Part shown: positions 8,212 to 17,645 of the stretch, piece after piece
How the letters are laid out: every line of letters begins with the position of its first letter
Position numbering within the stretch: the first letter of the stretch is position 1
NCBI GenBank assembly: GCA_036269115.1
Contig: DATAST010000208.1
Span: 2,431-66,430, forward strand
Length of the DNA stretch: 64,000 nt
Direction: 5' to 3'
Origin: Verrucomicrobiia bacterium
GTDB taxonomy: Bacteria; Verrucomicrobiota; Verrucomicrobiia; Limisphaerales; UBA11358
Translations under genes and position numbers: made by a program
The notes under the pieces: generated by a model
The model's input: the letters and a program-made list of their open reading frames with translations, nothing else
Databases searched by the model: none
What the model was told of the DNA's origin: nothing

Positions 8212-9168
8212 TCAAGCATTCTGTGCCTCCGCGGGGGTGCATGCAGCTTCGGTCATTCGGCTGCGGATTTTCAGAAGTAATCGCAGCACTGGCAACGGCA
8301 GCAGCCCGACGGCGCCTCGATACAATTTCAGCGCAACGAAAAGCCGGCCTTTTAATGTCAGTGGCAGGTAGTACCTTGGAAAATCCAATTGCTCAAAGCC
8401 ATTGCGACGCTTGAACTCTACGAGCGAATCGTCTTTTTTATTACCGTAAATATAGTTGCCATAGACCAGATATCCCACACCCTTCTGCGCGCAAATTTCC
8501 ACAGCTTTGGTGACCAGAGCATTCATGGGCCGCTTGTCCTGGTGAGCGTTCAACGCAATGATAGAAAGAATAAAGGCAACTTTATCCACATAGGTCATCT
8601 TAACGAAGCCAATGAGCTGACCCTCGAAATATGCGCCGATGAATTCGCTGCGCTCCATATAGGTCGCATGTTCGCATTTGATCGCTTCAAAATCCTTTCC
8701 ATAATGCCAAAATTTCCTGCCCTGTCGCACCGGCATCTCGTTGCAAATATTATGGATGCCCCGTGCTAATTCGTCGTCGAACGGCACGGCTTTGACCGTA
8801 ACGCCGCGTTTCGTGGCACGGCGGGTATTTTTGCGGGCTTCCTGCGGCAGCTTTTCCCACCAGGCTTCGAAGGTCGAAGTCGGCACAACAGCGTAATTTT
8901 CCCATTCCAAATGATATCGAAATCTGGGGGTGACATCCGGAGGCCTTTGAAAAAACGTGAGGACGTCCGCCTTCAGCCCACTACGTTTCATTTCGGGGAT
9001 AAACTGGGCCGGATTCGGCACCAATTCGCCTTCGGCCAATTCTTCATCGCGTATGGAGGCGATTTTGATCCAACCGCCTTTAACGATTACCGTGCGCCCG
9101 TCAATTTCGGCCGCCGGCACTTGCGTGTTCTTCCCTTTTATCCGGGTTTCAACAAAAGTCACAGCCAT
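8212..9168 (-). CDS. FemAB/CelD-like GNAT-fold acyl/aminoacyl transferase
   Basis: The pattern ARKNTRRATKRGVTV ... GQLIGFVKM ... KRPMNALVTKAVEICAQKGVGYLVYG ... SLVEFKRRNGF matches the Acetyltransf_6/FemAB-like layout. I chose the ATG at 9168 (MAVTFVE) to avoid overlapping the upstream asnB-like stop. Confidence 0.6.
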   Translation of the reverse strand: MAVTFVETRIKGKNTQVPAAEIDGRTVIVKGGWIKIASIRDEELAEGELVPNPAQFIPEMKRSGLKADVLTFFQRPPDVTPRFRYHLEWENYAVVPTSTFEAWWEKLPQEARKNTRRATKRGVTVKAVPFDDELARGIHNICNEMPVRQGRKFWHYGKDFEAIKCEHATYMERSEFIGAYFEGQLIGFVKMTYVDKVAFILSIIALNAHQDKRPMNALVTKAVEICAQKGVGYLVYGNYIYGNKKDDSLVEFKRRNGFEQLDFPRYYLPLTLKGRLFVALKLYRGAVGLLPLPVLRLLLKIRSRMTEAACTPAEAQNA

Positions 9169-9175
9169 AATAAGG

Positions 9176-11035
9176 TCAATGAGTGCTGCGCAACCATTTC
9201 TCAAACACCACAAGACTGAAGAGCAATTTATGGTTGTCGTGCCGGCGGGATTGATGATCCGCCAGCAGTTTTTTCACAGGTTTGGGGTCCAGCAGGGAAA
9301 ACATCGCAGATTCTTCGTCCAATAATATTTCCGTCATTTTGCCTTTGGCGGTCGCGGTGAACCAATCGTCCACGACGTTCGCGGCGAAACCGCGTTTCTT
9401 GCGACTCATTATTGCGCGGGGCAGGAATTTTTCACAAACGCGCCGGTGCAGCCATTTGCGTTCACCGGCACGGATTTTGAAACTGGCATCCAATCGTTGG
9501 GCATATTCAACGACTGTTCGATCCAGATACGGTACGCGCGCTTCAAGGCCGTGGGCCATCGAAAGCTTGTCGGCATACATTAGCAATTCGTCAGGCAACG
9601 AGGAACGAATCTCGGCGAGCTGAAATCCGCCGAGTTCATCCAGCTTTTCCATCTGCGCCTTTATTGGTTCCAGAAATTCGACCAATCCGCGAAAGTGGCC
9701 GTTTGCATCGCGGAAAAGGCTGTTTACGGTTGCCCCCGGCACGATCGAAAATACGTCCTGGTACCGGGTCAATCGGTCGGTTACCCCCAGCGACTCGACG
9801 CCGCGTTTTAGCGTTTCATTGCGCGGCAGTTTTGAAACCACGGACGCCGCCAGCAATTGAATCCCCTTCGGCATGCCGCGCCAGTAGTTTCCATATTGGA
9901 CGCCCAAATGCCGTTTATAGCCGCCGAACAGTTCGTCCGGTCCCTGGCCGATCAAGGCCACCTTGACATCCTGCCGCGCGCGCTGGCAGACGAAATACAT
10001 CGGAACAACGGAGGATGCGGCCACGGGTTCCTCCAGAAAACGGACGATATCAGGCAGCGATTTTTCAAATTCCGCCTGATCCAACCGGACCTGCGTATGA
10101 CGCGCGCCAAGGACCGATGCAGTTTCAGCGGCATCAGACAATTCATCGTCGGCGAAGCTTGTCCCATAGCCGGCGGTGTAGGCGGGCCAGTTGCGGCCAT
10201 GCTCGTTCATCAGAGCCAGAAGCAGTCCGGAATCCAATCCCCCGCTGAGCAGTACGCCCACCGGCACATCTGCGAGAAGATGCCGTTTGACGGCAGCACG
10301 ATATAACTCAAATAATTGCTCCGTAGCTTCGCGATCCTCCAATGGATTTGAAAACGGTTCGGGCCTGAAATCATACCAGCGTTCCTCACGGCATTGGCCG
10401 TTCTCGACGACAAGCATCGTGCCTGGAGCGAGCTTGCGAACGCCCTGAAAAATGGTCAACGGGGACGGCGTGTAGCGGAAGCGGAAAAAAAGATTGAGCG
10501 CCACGGGATTTACTTCCGGCCGGGAGTTTTCCGCCGCGAGTACCGGACGGATTTCGGAGCCAAAACTTAATTTGCCATTTGTCACCCGGTAATAGATGAG
10601 CTTGATGCCCATTGGGTCCCGTGCGACGATGAGGCGCTTGCTCTTCACATCCCAGATGGCAACCCCGAACATGCCGTTAAGATGATCAAATACTTTCGTG
10701 CCCCATTGTTTGTACCCATAAATGATGACTTCAGTATCTGAGCTTGTTTGAAAAACGTGGCCGTGGTTTTCCAATTCGGCCCGCAGTTCCTTGTAATTGT
10801 AAATCTCGCCGTTGAAAACGATCCAGATAGACTTCTGCGCATCGGACATCGGCTGATGGCCGCCAGACAAATCGATGATAGAGAGCCGGCGAAAACCGAA
10901 ACCGAGCGATCGGTCGAAGAAATATCCGTCATCGTCCGGACCACGATGAACGATCGTCCCGGTCATTCGCCGGATCGTCTCTGAATCTACAGGCTCATCG
11001 CCAGCGAGTTTAATTTGGCCGCAAATTCCGCACAT
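9176..11035 (-). CDS. Asparagine synthetase B-family glutamine-dependent amidotransferase (canonical)
   Basis: N-terminal MCGICGQ (Cys nucleophile), the RGPDD motif, and the SGGLDS PP-loop. Confidence 0.85.
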   Translation of the reverse strand: MCGICGQIKLAGDEPVDSETIRRMTGTIVHRGPDDDGYFFDRSLGFGFRRLSIIDLSGGHQPMSDAQKSIWIVFNGEIYNYKELRAELENHGHVFQTSSDTEVIIYGYKQWGTKVFDHLNGMFGVAIWDVKSKRLIVARDPMGIKLIYYRVTNGKLSFGSEIRPVLAAENSRPEVNPVALNLFFRFRYTPSPLTIFQGVRKLAPGTMLVVENGQCREERWYDFRPEPFSNPLEDREATEQLFELYRAAVKRHLLADVPVGVLLSGGLDSGLLLALMNEHGRNWPAYTAGYGTSFADDELSDAAETASVLGARHTQVRLDQAEFEKSLPDIVRFLEEPVAASSVVPMYFVCQRARQDVKVALIGQGPDELFGGYKRHLGVQYGNYWRGMPKGIQLLAASVVSKLPRNETLKRGVESLGVTDRLTRYQDVFSIVPGATVNSLFRDANGHFRGLVEFLEPIKAQMEKLDELGGFQLAEIRSSLPDELLMYADKLSMAHGLEARVPYLDRTVVEYAQRLDASFKIRAGERKWLHRRVCEKFLPRAIMSRKKRGFAANVVDDWFTATAKGKMTEILLDEESAMFSLLDPKPVKKLLADHQSRRHDNHKLLFSLVVFEKWLRSTH

Positions 11036-11049
11036 GGATCAATTAAAAA

Positions 11050-12303
11050 TTATACACTTCGCATGACTGCTTCCTCGGACTTGCGGCTCTGCTTATTGGC
11101 GCTCACACAAAACGCTAACGACCGAAACATTTGCGCCTGGGCCCATCGATGCATCGGGACGTTGTCCCATCCGAAAATTAATTTGCGCGAGCGAAAGGAT
11201 CCGTCCGGTTTGACCCAATTTTTAAGAATTCCGGTCGTCACAGTTTGCAACACCTTCTCGAGTTGCGGAAAGCGGTCCCGCAGCAGCACGCATAAATTCA
11301 CGCATTCGGCGAAATCGTAAAGCTCCCGTTTATAGACGGTCAACCGGGGAGCCCGCGAAAATGGACGCGGCATTCCATCATCTGCGAAAAGATTATTAAC
11401 ATAATAATCCACCCCGCGTTTCAGGGCATTCAACACGCGCGCCTCGGCGGTCAGGGCGTGGATTTTCGCCAGCGCCTTCATGACGAAACCGGTATGAAAA
11501 TGGTCCACGAAATTTCGGACACCGTCCTTTGCATACGGCCAGGACCCGTCAGCGTTCTGGCTTTCCAACACGAAATTCAGATTGCCCCGGGCAATCTCCA
11601 GCCACTCGTCTCGATCAAAGAATTTTGCCGCGCTGGTCAGCATAAAAGAGCGATAGGCTGAAGCATTGACGACAAGGCCTTTATCATGGGGAGTATAGGA
11701 ACTGGTATAGGCGGTTTCGGACCATTTGATGCTTTTGATGTCTGTCGCCGCGTGGCGGGCAATCGACTCAAGAATTTCCCGCAATTCATCACGACGCAGT
11801 ATTTGGTAAACCTGCAAAAACGCCTCGTAAACGTAAGGAGTCGTCGTGATAAGGGGAGTGTTTGTATGGATCGTGCCGTTGAGGGTGACCCAATCAAACG
11901 GGTAGCCCCAGCAATATTCCTTGAAATCAGGACAGCGCGTTTCCTGCAAAACTTCAAGAAAATGAACGGCCTTTTCAAGATAACTCTTCTCGCCCGTCGC
12001 TTCGTAGAGAAATGCGAATCCCATGGCGTAATGCGCGCTGGCGATTGGCAACTGCATTTTTTGGTGAAACATGCGCCTGGCAGATGGGACAAATGCTTCG
12101 CTAAAGACCATCGGCGCCACGGCAACAGTGCCGAGAAGTTTATTCTTATAGTAAAGGGCCTTGGCGCGGCGCCCTAGGGGACCAGCGTAATAAGATTGGA
12201 AATCCCAGGAAGTCTCGCCGTAATTCTCGAGCCACTGCGCAAAATTTTTCAGAACTTCCAAAACCTTGCGGTCCGCCATGGCATTTTCGTGCTGCATTTG
12301 CAT
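11050..12303 (-). CDS. Hypothetical protein, probably alpha/alpha-toroid fold (polysaccharide-modifying, C5-epimerase/lyase-like?)
   Basis: Clean 417-aa ORF, co-oriented and tightly packed in the operon. It is helix-rich with motifs such as ADGSWPYAKDG and HTGFVMKALA. No family assignment is possible by eye. Confidence 0.4.
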   Translation of the reverse strand: MQMQHENAMADRKVLEVLKNFAQWLENYGETSWDFQSYYAGPLGRRAKALYYKNKLLGTVAVAPMVFSEAFVPSARRMFHQKMQLPIASAHYAMGFAFLYEATGEKSYLEKAVHFLEVLQETRCPDFKEYCWGYPFDWVTLNGTIHTNTPLITTTPYVYEAFLQVYQILRRDELREILESIARHAATDIKSIKWSETAYTSSYTPHDKGLVVNASAYRSFMLTSAAKFFDRDEWLEIARGNLNFVLESQNADGSWPYAKDGVRNFVDHFHTGFVMKALAKIHALTAEARVLNALKRGVDYYVNNLFADDGMPRPFSRAPRLTVYKRELYDFAECVNLCVLLRDRFPQLEKVLQTVTTGILKNWVKPDGSFRSRKLIFGWDNVPMHRWAQAQMFRSLAFCVSANKQSRKSEEAVMRSV

Positions 12304-12308
12304 CAGGA

Positions 12309-13223
12309 TTATTTTGCCTGGGATTCCAGGTGGAAATTATTCGGGCTTTTAAGTTGCAAAAGGGATGCAAGGATCGCCTTGAGCTTCTGCATTTGTTCGC
12401 CCCTGTGAAAGCGCATCAACTCCGGTGAAATCGGCCGCTTTACCCGCCGCAACGCAGCCCAGGAATACCCCAAAAATAAAGCGAGACCGCCCGAAATATA
12501 AGGCTTTTTGGCGACACGATAGGTTACACGGAACAATTGCCAAAGTGGCGAATTGCCAAGCCAATAATCTTTTTGGCCATAAGCGAACATTGCGGCGACA
12601 TCGCTCTTTCCAGATGTTCCCATCGAACGATGATGGTGATAACGCTTGTCGGCAAACGATTTCACGGTCCAGCCCTTCATGCGAGAGGTCACGACGGCGA
12701 TCCAGTCGACGCCACCACCCGGATTGGCGATGTAACCGCCGGTCTCATTCCAGCACTTGCGGCGAAAGAGTTGAACCGGTCCGGCAACATAATTTTCACC
12801 TTCAAAACTGTCCCTGGCTGAGTCATAGTCGCCATCCTGGGTGAACGGTGTGCCGGCGACCCCAAGCCTGGGATTTCCGGCGAACTTCCGCATAAGAAAC
12901 TCCATATAATCCGGCCCAAAGGATGTATCAGCGTCCAGATTTCCCAGGACTTCATAATCCAAACTCTGAATTTGCTTTAGCGCGGCGTTGACGTTGTTCG
13001 CCTTGGAAGCAAAGTCGCGGCCTTCACGCCGCGGATTGCGCATGAGAATGATCCACGGAAATTTTTCCGCGTAGCGCGCGGCGATTTCCGCGGTATCGTC
13101 GGTTGAGCCATCATCCACGATGACCCATCGTTCAGGTAACTGCGTCTGCGAGACAACCGACTCGAGCGTTTTGGCGATGAACGCCTCCTCGTTACGGGCT
13201 GAGGTAATTAGCACGTATTTCAT
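12309..13223 (-). CDS. Glycosyltransferase family 2
   Basis: MKYVLITSARNEEAFIAKTLESVVSQT ... WVIVDDGSTDDT (GT-A DxD region). I chose the ATG at 13223, one nt after the upstream stop. Confidence 0.8.
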   Translation of the reverse strand: MKYVLITSARNEEAFIAKTLESVVSQTQLPERWVIVDDGSTDDTAEIAARYAEKFPWIILMRNPRREGRDFASKANNVNAALKQIQSLDYEVLGNLDADTSFGPDYMEFLMRKFAGNPRLGVAGTPFTQDGDYDSARDSFEGENYVAGPVQLFRRKCWNETGGYIANPGGGVDWIAVVTSRMKGWTVKSFADKRYHHHRSMGTSGKSDVAAMFAYGQKDYWLGNSPLWQLFRVTYRVAKKPYISGGLALFLGYSWAALRRVKRPISPELMRFHRGEQMQKLKAILASLLQLKSPNNFHLESQAK

Positions 13224-13224
13224 C

Positions 13225-14394
13225 TTAGGCAGGGCTTTGAGTGTAACTGCGCCGCCCATCCACGCTAAGTCCGTTTACGAGGTTTTCCGGCAACGCAGTT
13301 CTCACCCCATCTTGCGCCGAATAAACCTGGGCGAAAATTTCATCCATGATCCGGGCGGTCAAAAGAATTTCACGGTAAGGAATGGGCGGAGCGCCATGGC
13401 TCTGGATGCTGTGGTAAAATTGCTCAATTAATTCTTTCATGCCGGCGTCCTGGTGCAGCCGCCCGCGCATGAAATCGGTTACATTGATCCATCCATTGCG
13501 GAAATACTGCCGCGCCAGCCGCAACGGCGGCAGAAAGTACGTCAAATAGCTCTTCGACGCCTTGCTTTCGAAGCGGATCAGGCTGCCACTGCTCGCATCC
13601 GCTATCAGCGAATTCTTCAGGCCACAAACGCGCAGACCATTCATTGCGGGTTTTATTTGGGTCGAAAAGCAAAAATATCCAGTGGTACCGCTGCGATCTC
13701 GAATCGTCACTCGTAATTCGTCCAGCACCTCTTGACCGCCCATTCGCGTGAGTTGCGCGCTTTGGTGCGCGGAAGCTGTGATTTCGACAAGGTCGTCGTC
13801 GAGAAATTCGGCGAGTCTGGCGATACCATGGCTAATGAGATTGTGAAAAAGCTTTCCCGGCAATTGGCGAACCCAATGATTCCGGTTCCCCAGCAAGGGC
13901 CCGACATAGCTTGCATCGCTAAGGTGATATGCCCAATGACTCTCAAGATGCACTGCTTTGCCGCCCAAATATCCCGCGGCTACGAGCTTCCGCATCCTCA
14001 GCATTTCCAGGGTAAACTGGTAGTTGTGTCCAGCGGTTATTATCCGACCGCATTTTTCGGCAACGCGAATCAATTCTTCCGCTTCTGGCGCGGTCACAGT
14101 AAACGGTTTTTCCAAATACACATGACTGCCGGATTCCAGACATTGTTTTGCCAGGGCGAAATGTCCCTGCGGCGGAGTGACGATATGGACAACGTCAGGA
14201 GAGACATTCTCCAACATCTTCTGACCGTCAGAAAAAACGCCGGGAATCTTGAAACGCTCGGCGAGCTGGGCGGCCATTAGCTCTTCACGGTCGCAAACAG
14301 CGGCAATTTCGCAGTTCGGAATGCGCCGAATCGCCAGGACATGCTGGTCAGCGATCTTTCCGCAGCCGATAATAGCTATACGCAACGGATTCAT
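13225..14394 (-). CDS. Gfo/Idh/MocA-family NAD(P)-dependent oxidoreductase
   Basis: N-terminal LRIAIIGCGKIADQH Rossmann motif and the YLEKPF (EKP) motif. Confidence 0.8.
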   Translation of the reverse strand: MNPLRIAIIGCGKIADQHVLAIRRIPNCEIAAVCDREELMAAQLAERFKIPGVFSDGQKMLENVSPDVVHIVTPPQGHFALAKQCLESGSHVYLEKPFTVTAPEAEELIRVAEKCGRIITAGHNYQFTLEMLRMRKLVAAGYLGGKAVHLESHWAYHLSDASYVGPLLGNRNHWVRQLPGKLFHNLISHGIARLAEFLDDDLVEITASAHQSAQLTRMGGQEVLDELRVTIRDRSGTTGYFCFSTQIKPAMNGLRVCGLKNSLIADASSGSLIRFESKASKSYLTYFLPPLRLARQYFRNGWINVTDFMRGRLHQDAGMKELIEQFYHSIQSHGAPPIPYREILLTARIMDEIFAQVYSAQDGVRTALPENLVNGLSVDGRRSYTQSPA

Positions 14395-15428
14395 CGATAT
14401 TGGGCCAAAAACATCTTCATGGCGTCCGCCATTTTCACCTTTGGTTTCCAGCCGAGACGGACATGCAATTTTTCATTTGAATAACGATTGCCCTTCCATT
14501 CCGCGGCACAACGCCGGCGATTAAAAATCGGCGGCAATTGTCCCTGCGAGCGCTTGGAGTAGCTTTCCCACAGACGGCAGCCGAGGTCGGCGAACACGTA
14601 AGGAACGCTAATAGTGAAGAATTTTTTGACGGATTTGCAGGCGGCCAGAAATTCGCGGCTCGTCATTTTTTCGTCATCCACAATGTTGAACGCTTCACCG
14701 TTTATGCCTGGCTTCAACGCAGCCAGCGCGATGGCCTCGGCACAGTTATCCACGTACGTAAGCGGCAATTCATTGGAGCCGCCAAGATGGATGAAAAAGC
14801 CGAAGGTATCGATGCCTATGCGCCCGCTCAATTCGGGTTTGCCCGGCCCAAAAACAGCGCCAGGACGCAAAATTACGTAAGGCAAGCCATGGCTTTGTCC
14901 GTATTTCATCACAATCTCTTCCTGCTTAAGCTTTCCGAAGCCGTAGGCCTGATAACGCTCTTGCGGACAATCTTCGAGAGGGCTGTTTTCGTCGAGAAGC
15001 GCGCCCCGCTGCATCTTCAGGTTCGAATAAACGGCAAAGGAACTCACATTCACAAAACGTTTTGGACGGCCAATTTCCAAAAACGCTTCAGTCAGGTTTC
15101 GGGTGGTCAGCGCCGAGTTCATAAACGCGCCGGCAAAAGTCTTATCAAATCCGGCGGCCAAATGGACAATCACCGAAACGTCTTGCGCTGCTCTCCGGCA
15201 ATCCTCGCGCGAAAGCAAATCTCCAGATACAATTTCGGTCAATTGGCATGCCGGATACTTTTCCAGGACTTTCTTAAGACTTTCCAGCTTGCTCGATGGT
15301 CGCACGAAACAGCGCAGGTTGAAAAAACCGTATTCGAGAAGCATTTCAACAACTTTGACGCCGATAAAGCCATTCGAACCGGTGATCAGGATACGGTCTT
15401 CCGGGCCGCAAATAAAACCAGGATTCAT
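14391..15428 (-). CDS. NAD-dependent epimerase/dehydratase (extended SDR)
   Basis: ILITGSNGFIGVKVV (GxxGxxG) and YGFGK (YxxxK). There is a 4-nt overlap with the downstream gene. Confidence 0.8.
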   Translation of the reverse strand: MNPGFICGPEDRILITGSNGFIGVKVVEMLLEYGFFNLRCFVRPSSKLESLKKVLEKYPACQLTEIVSGDLLSREDCRRAAQDVSVIVHLAAGFDKTFAGAFMNSALTTRNLTEAFLEIGRPKRFVNVSSFAVYSNLKMQRGALLDENSPLEDCPQERYQAYGFGKLKQEEIVMKYGQSHGLPYVILRPGAVFGPGKPELSGRIGIDTFGFFIHLGGSNELPLTYVDNCAEAIALAALKPGINGEAFNIVDDEKMTSREFLAACKSVKKFFTISVPYVFADLGCRLWESYSKRSQGQLPPIFNRRRCAAEWKGNRYSNEKLHVRLGWKPKVKMADAMKMFLAQYR

Positions 15429-15537
15429 TCAGATTTTTTGGGGACTTGGAACTTCTGAGTTGGACTTGGGACGGCTCAATCAATGCCGGAGTAACCGTCT
15501 TTCGTTATGGCGTTGATATCGCGCGGCAACCCGGCAC

Positions 15538-17478
15538 TTATGGCGCAGGAACGGCCGTGTTGATCGACGGCGGATACGGAACGTAATTCGCCGTAACCGT
15601 GAGATTGGACGCCGGCATGGTGACGGTGGTATTGGCCGAGTTGGTATTGGCAATATCCTGGCCGCTCCAATATGCAAACACTGCGTTTGTCACCGTAGCT
15701 GGTGCATCGGCCGAAATGTTGACGATCTGGCCGTTCGTGTAATTATTACTGCCTGTGCCATCTATTACAGTCAAGGAGTACGTCGGCGGTGTCGAAGTCG
15801 AATTCGTATTGGCCAGCGGATATGGATACGGCAGCGGCGTGTACCCGGGTTTGACGGTATTATCGAAAAAGTCTCTCCCGGCCATGATGATTGGATAAAA
15901 ATAACCCCATTGGAAATACCCTATGTTTGGGGCAAACCCGGCGCTATACCCGTTGTTTGTATTATCCCATTGATACCACGGCTCAACGATCTGGTTAGGC
16001 CAATTCGTTTTGCCAGTCACAGTATCGTACGGCTGGCCGCTGCTGGGCGCGTTGTCACCAATTAAATCGCATAAGCCTCGTCCCGGCTGATCAAGTTGTC
16101 CGTAACATTTATAAATGGCGTATGTGTCTCCGGTATTCCAGGTGATTATTCCGCCAAGGTGATTCGGCGGGTAATAAATATCGTGAACGCCATTCGATTC
16201 AATCACTGAAAAATTAACGAGGTTCTCGTTCTCGTAATAATTGTTTCCACCTTGCGTTACATCTACCAGTTCGTACGCCCAATTTGTATTTCCGCTCCCA
16301 GGCCATCCACCCACCCATCGGCCAACCGCCCAATTCGCGCTTGAATCCGTGAGCCAATTCTGTCCACTCGGCCCGGTATAGGTACCGGTTGCCACCAAAC
16401 CCCCGTTGTTATCCCAGGGATTAAGACCGTTTGCCCCGCCATAGGGAACCAACGCCTGTGTCGCGCGAAACTGGCTGAGTCCTATGATTGTGCTCCATCC
16501 AACGAAAATGTTGCTGTAAATGACACCGGTACCGCTTCGGAAACCGAGAGTGTTGCCTTGATTGGTGTACCCAACGGCGTTGTTAATAAAGAAATTATCA
16601 TAAATTTCGCAAGCCCGCCCGCCCCTGATTCGTCCGCTCGTTTCGGTGCCGTGAAACTGAAAAATCATATTCGTGACACAATTGTGCCGGAACACCACAC
16701 GACTACCCGCGCGCGCATCGTTCACGGCGCTCCAATAATTGGGTCCATTGTACGAGAATCCGCAGTCTTCTATATAAATCCACCAATTAGTAGTGCCGTA
16801 CGTCACGGGTGTCGCATAGGATATGTCGCCATACTCGTTCTCACCGTCAGCAGCCGAGTATCCGCCAAGCGCGCCATTGTAACACAAAACCTGATTTGCA
16901 AAATATGTAGTGGGAAACAGGCAATGATCAATACAGCCATATGTTCCATCGAAGAATGCAACCCCAACATCGGCCAAATTCTGAAATAGACAACCCGTCA
17001 CCCGGCATACCGGGCAGAACCCGTTAAATTGGACTTCCGGCTTGTAATCGGGATGATTTACGCCCTGACTCGGGCCATCTTGAAACTGAAATCCATTCAA
17101 TTCGCATTTCGTGTAATTTGACTGCGTATTCCATTCAATCAGATATTCAAAACTCGAGCTGGGAATCTCGTCAACTATGATGGTTTGTTTACTGCCCGCG
17201 CCAACCAGGGAAATGTTATTGTTAATGACCAAAGTGCTTGTCCATGTGGCGGTGCCGGCAGGAAGTTGAACCACCTCGCCAGGCACGGCCGAATTAATGG
17301 CCCCCTGAACGGCACTTTCAGTGAGGCTGGGCACATTGGTTACTATTACTGCGGCATTCATGCCGTTAGAAAGGCCAAAAATCAGAAAAATTGACAGAAT
17401 CTGCCAAAAATGGACTGCGCCGTTCACCATCGGACGTTGCGCGGAACCTGGAGAAATCGCTGTTTGTGAACAAATCAT
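15538..17478 (-). CDS. Secreted right-handed beta-helix (pectate-lyase-fold) protein with a C-terminal bacterial repeat domain
   Basis: Signal-like N-terminus. AINSAVPGEVVQLPAGTATWTSTLVINNNISLVGAG is typical of parallel beta-helix proteins. The C-terminal YSLTVIDGTGSNNYTNGQ ... YWSG ... TVTANY resembles an InlB-B/Listeria-Bacteroides repeat. The true start may be the internal Met at 17430. Confidence 0.6.
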   Translation of the reverse strand: MICSQTAISPGSAQRPMVNGAVHFWQILSIFLIFGLSNGMNAAVIVTNVPSLTESAVQGAINSAVPGEVVQLPAGTATWTSTLVINNNISLVGAGSKQTIIVDEIPSSSFEYLIEWNTQSNYTKCELNGFQFQDGPSQGVNHPDYKPEVQFNGFCPVCRVTGCLFQNLADVGVAFFDGTYGCIDHCLFPTTYFANQVLCYNGALGGYSAADGENEYGDISYATPVTYGTTNWWIYIEDCGFSYNGPNYWSAVNDARAGSRVVFRHNCVTNMIFQFHGTETSGRIRGGRACEIYDNFFINNAVGYTNQGNTLGFRSGTGVIYSNIFVGWSTIIGLSQFRATQALVPYGGANGLNPWDNNGGLVATGTYTGPSGQNWLTDSSANWAVGRWVGGWPGSGNTNWAYELVDVTQGGNNYYENENLVNFSVIESNGVHDIYYPPNHLGGIITWNTGDTYAIYKCYGQLDQPGRGLCDLIGDNAPSSGQPYDTVTGKTNWPNQIVEPWYQWDNTNNGYSAGFAPNIGYFQWGYFYPIIMAGRDFFDNTVKPGYTPLPYPYPLANTNSTSTPPTYSLTVIDGTGSNNYTNGQIVNISADAPATVTNAVFAYWSGQDIANTNSANTTVTMPASNLTVTANYVPYPPSINTAVPAP

Positions 17479-17645
17479 GGACTCTACTTATGTACGATAA
17501 CCAAGCTATTTTAGCAGAGGCCATGCCATAATGAAAGGAGTTAACGATCAGCTTCAAGCATTAAAGCGCAAAATGCTTTGGATATTGAATTTAGGAGCGC
17601 CGTATTTGGCCGTCGCAGTCACATTTGCAATATGCAAGGGCCGTC

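Noticed and set aside
14538-15458. 306-aa plus-strand ORF. The same pattern applies to 21720-22523, 23626-24513, 27929-28651, 34188-34931 and 40901-41644.
   Set aside because: All of these lie fully antisense to minus-strand genes with strong family motifs (SDR, dehydrogenase fusion, Wzz/BY-kinase, sugar transferase, livG, thrS). Their translations are Arg/Pro/Gly-rich and low-complexity, as expected for shadow ORFs.
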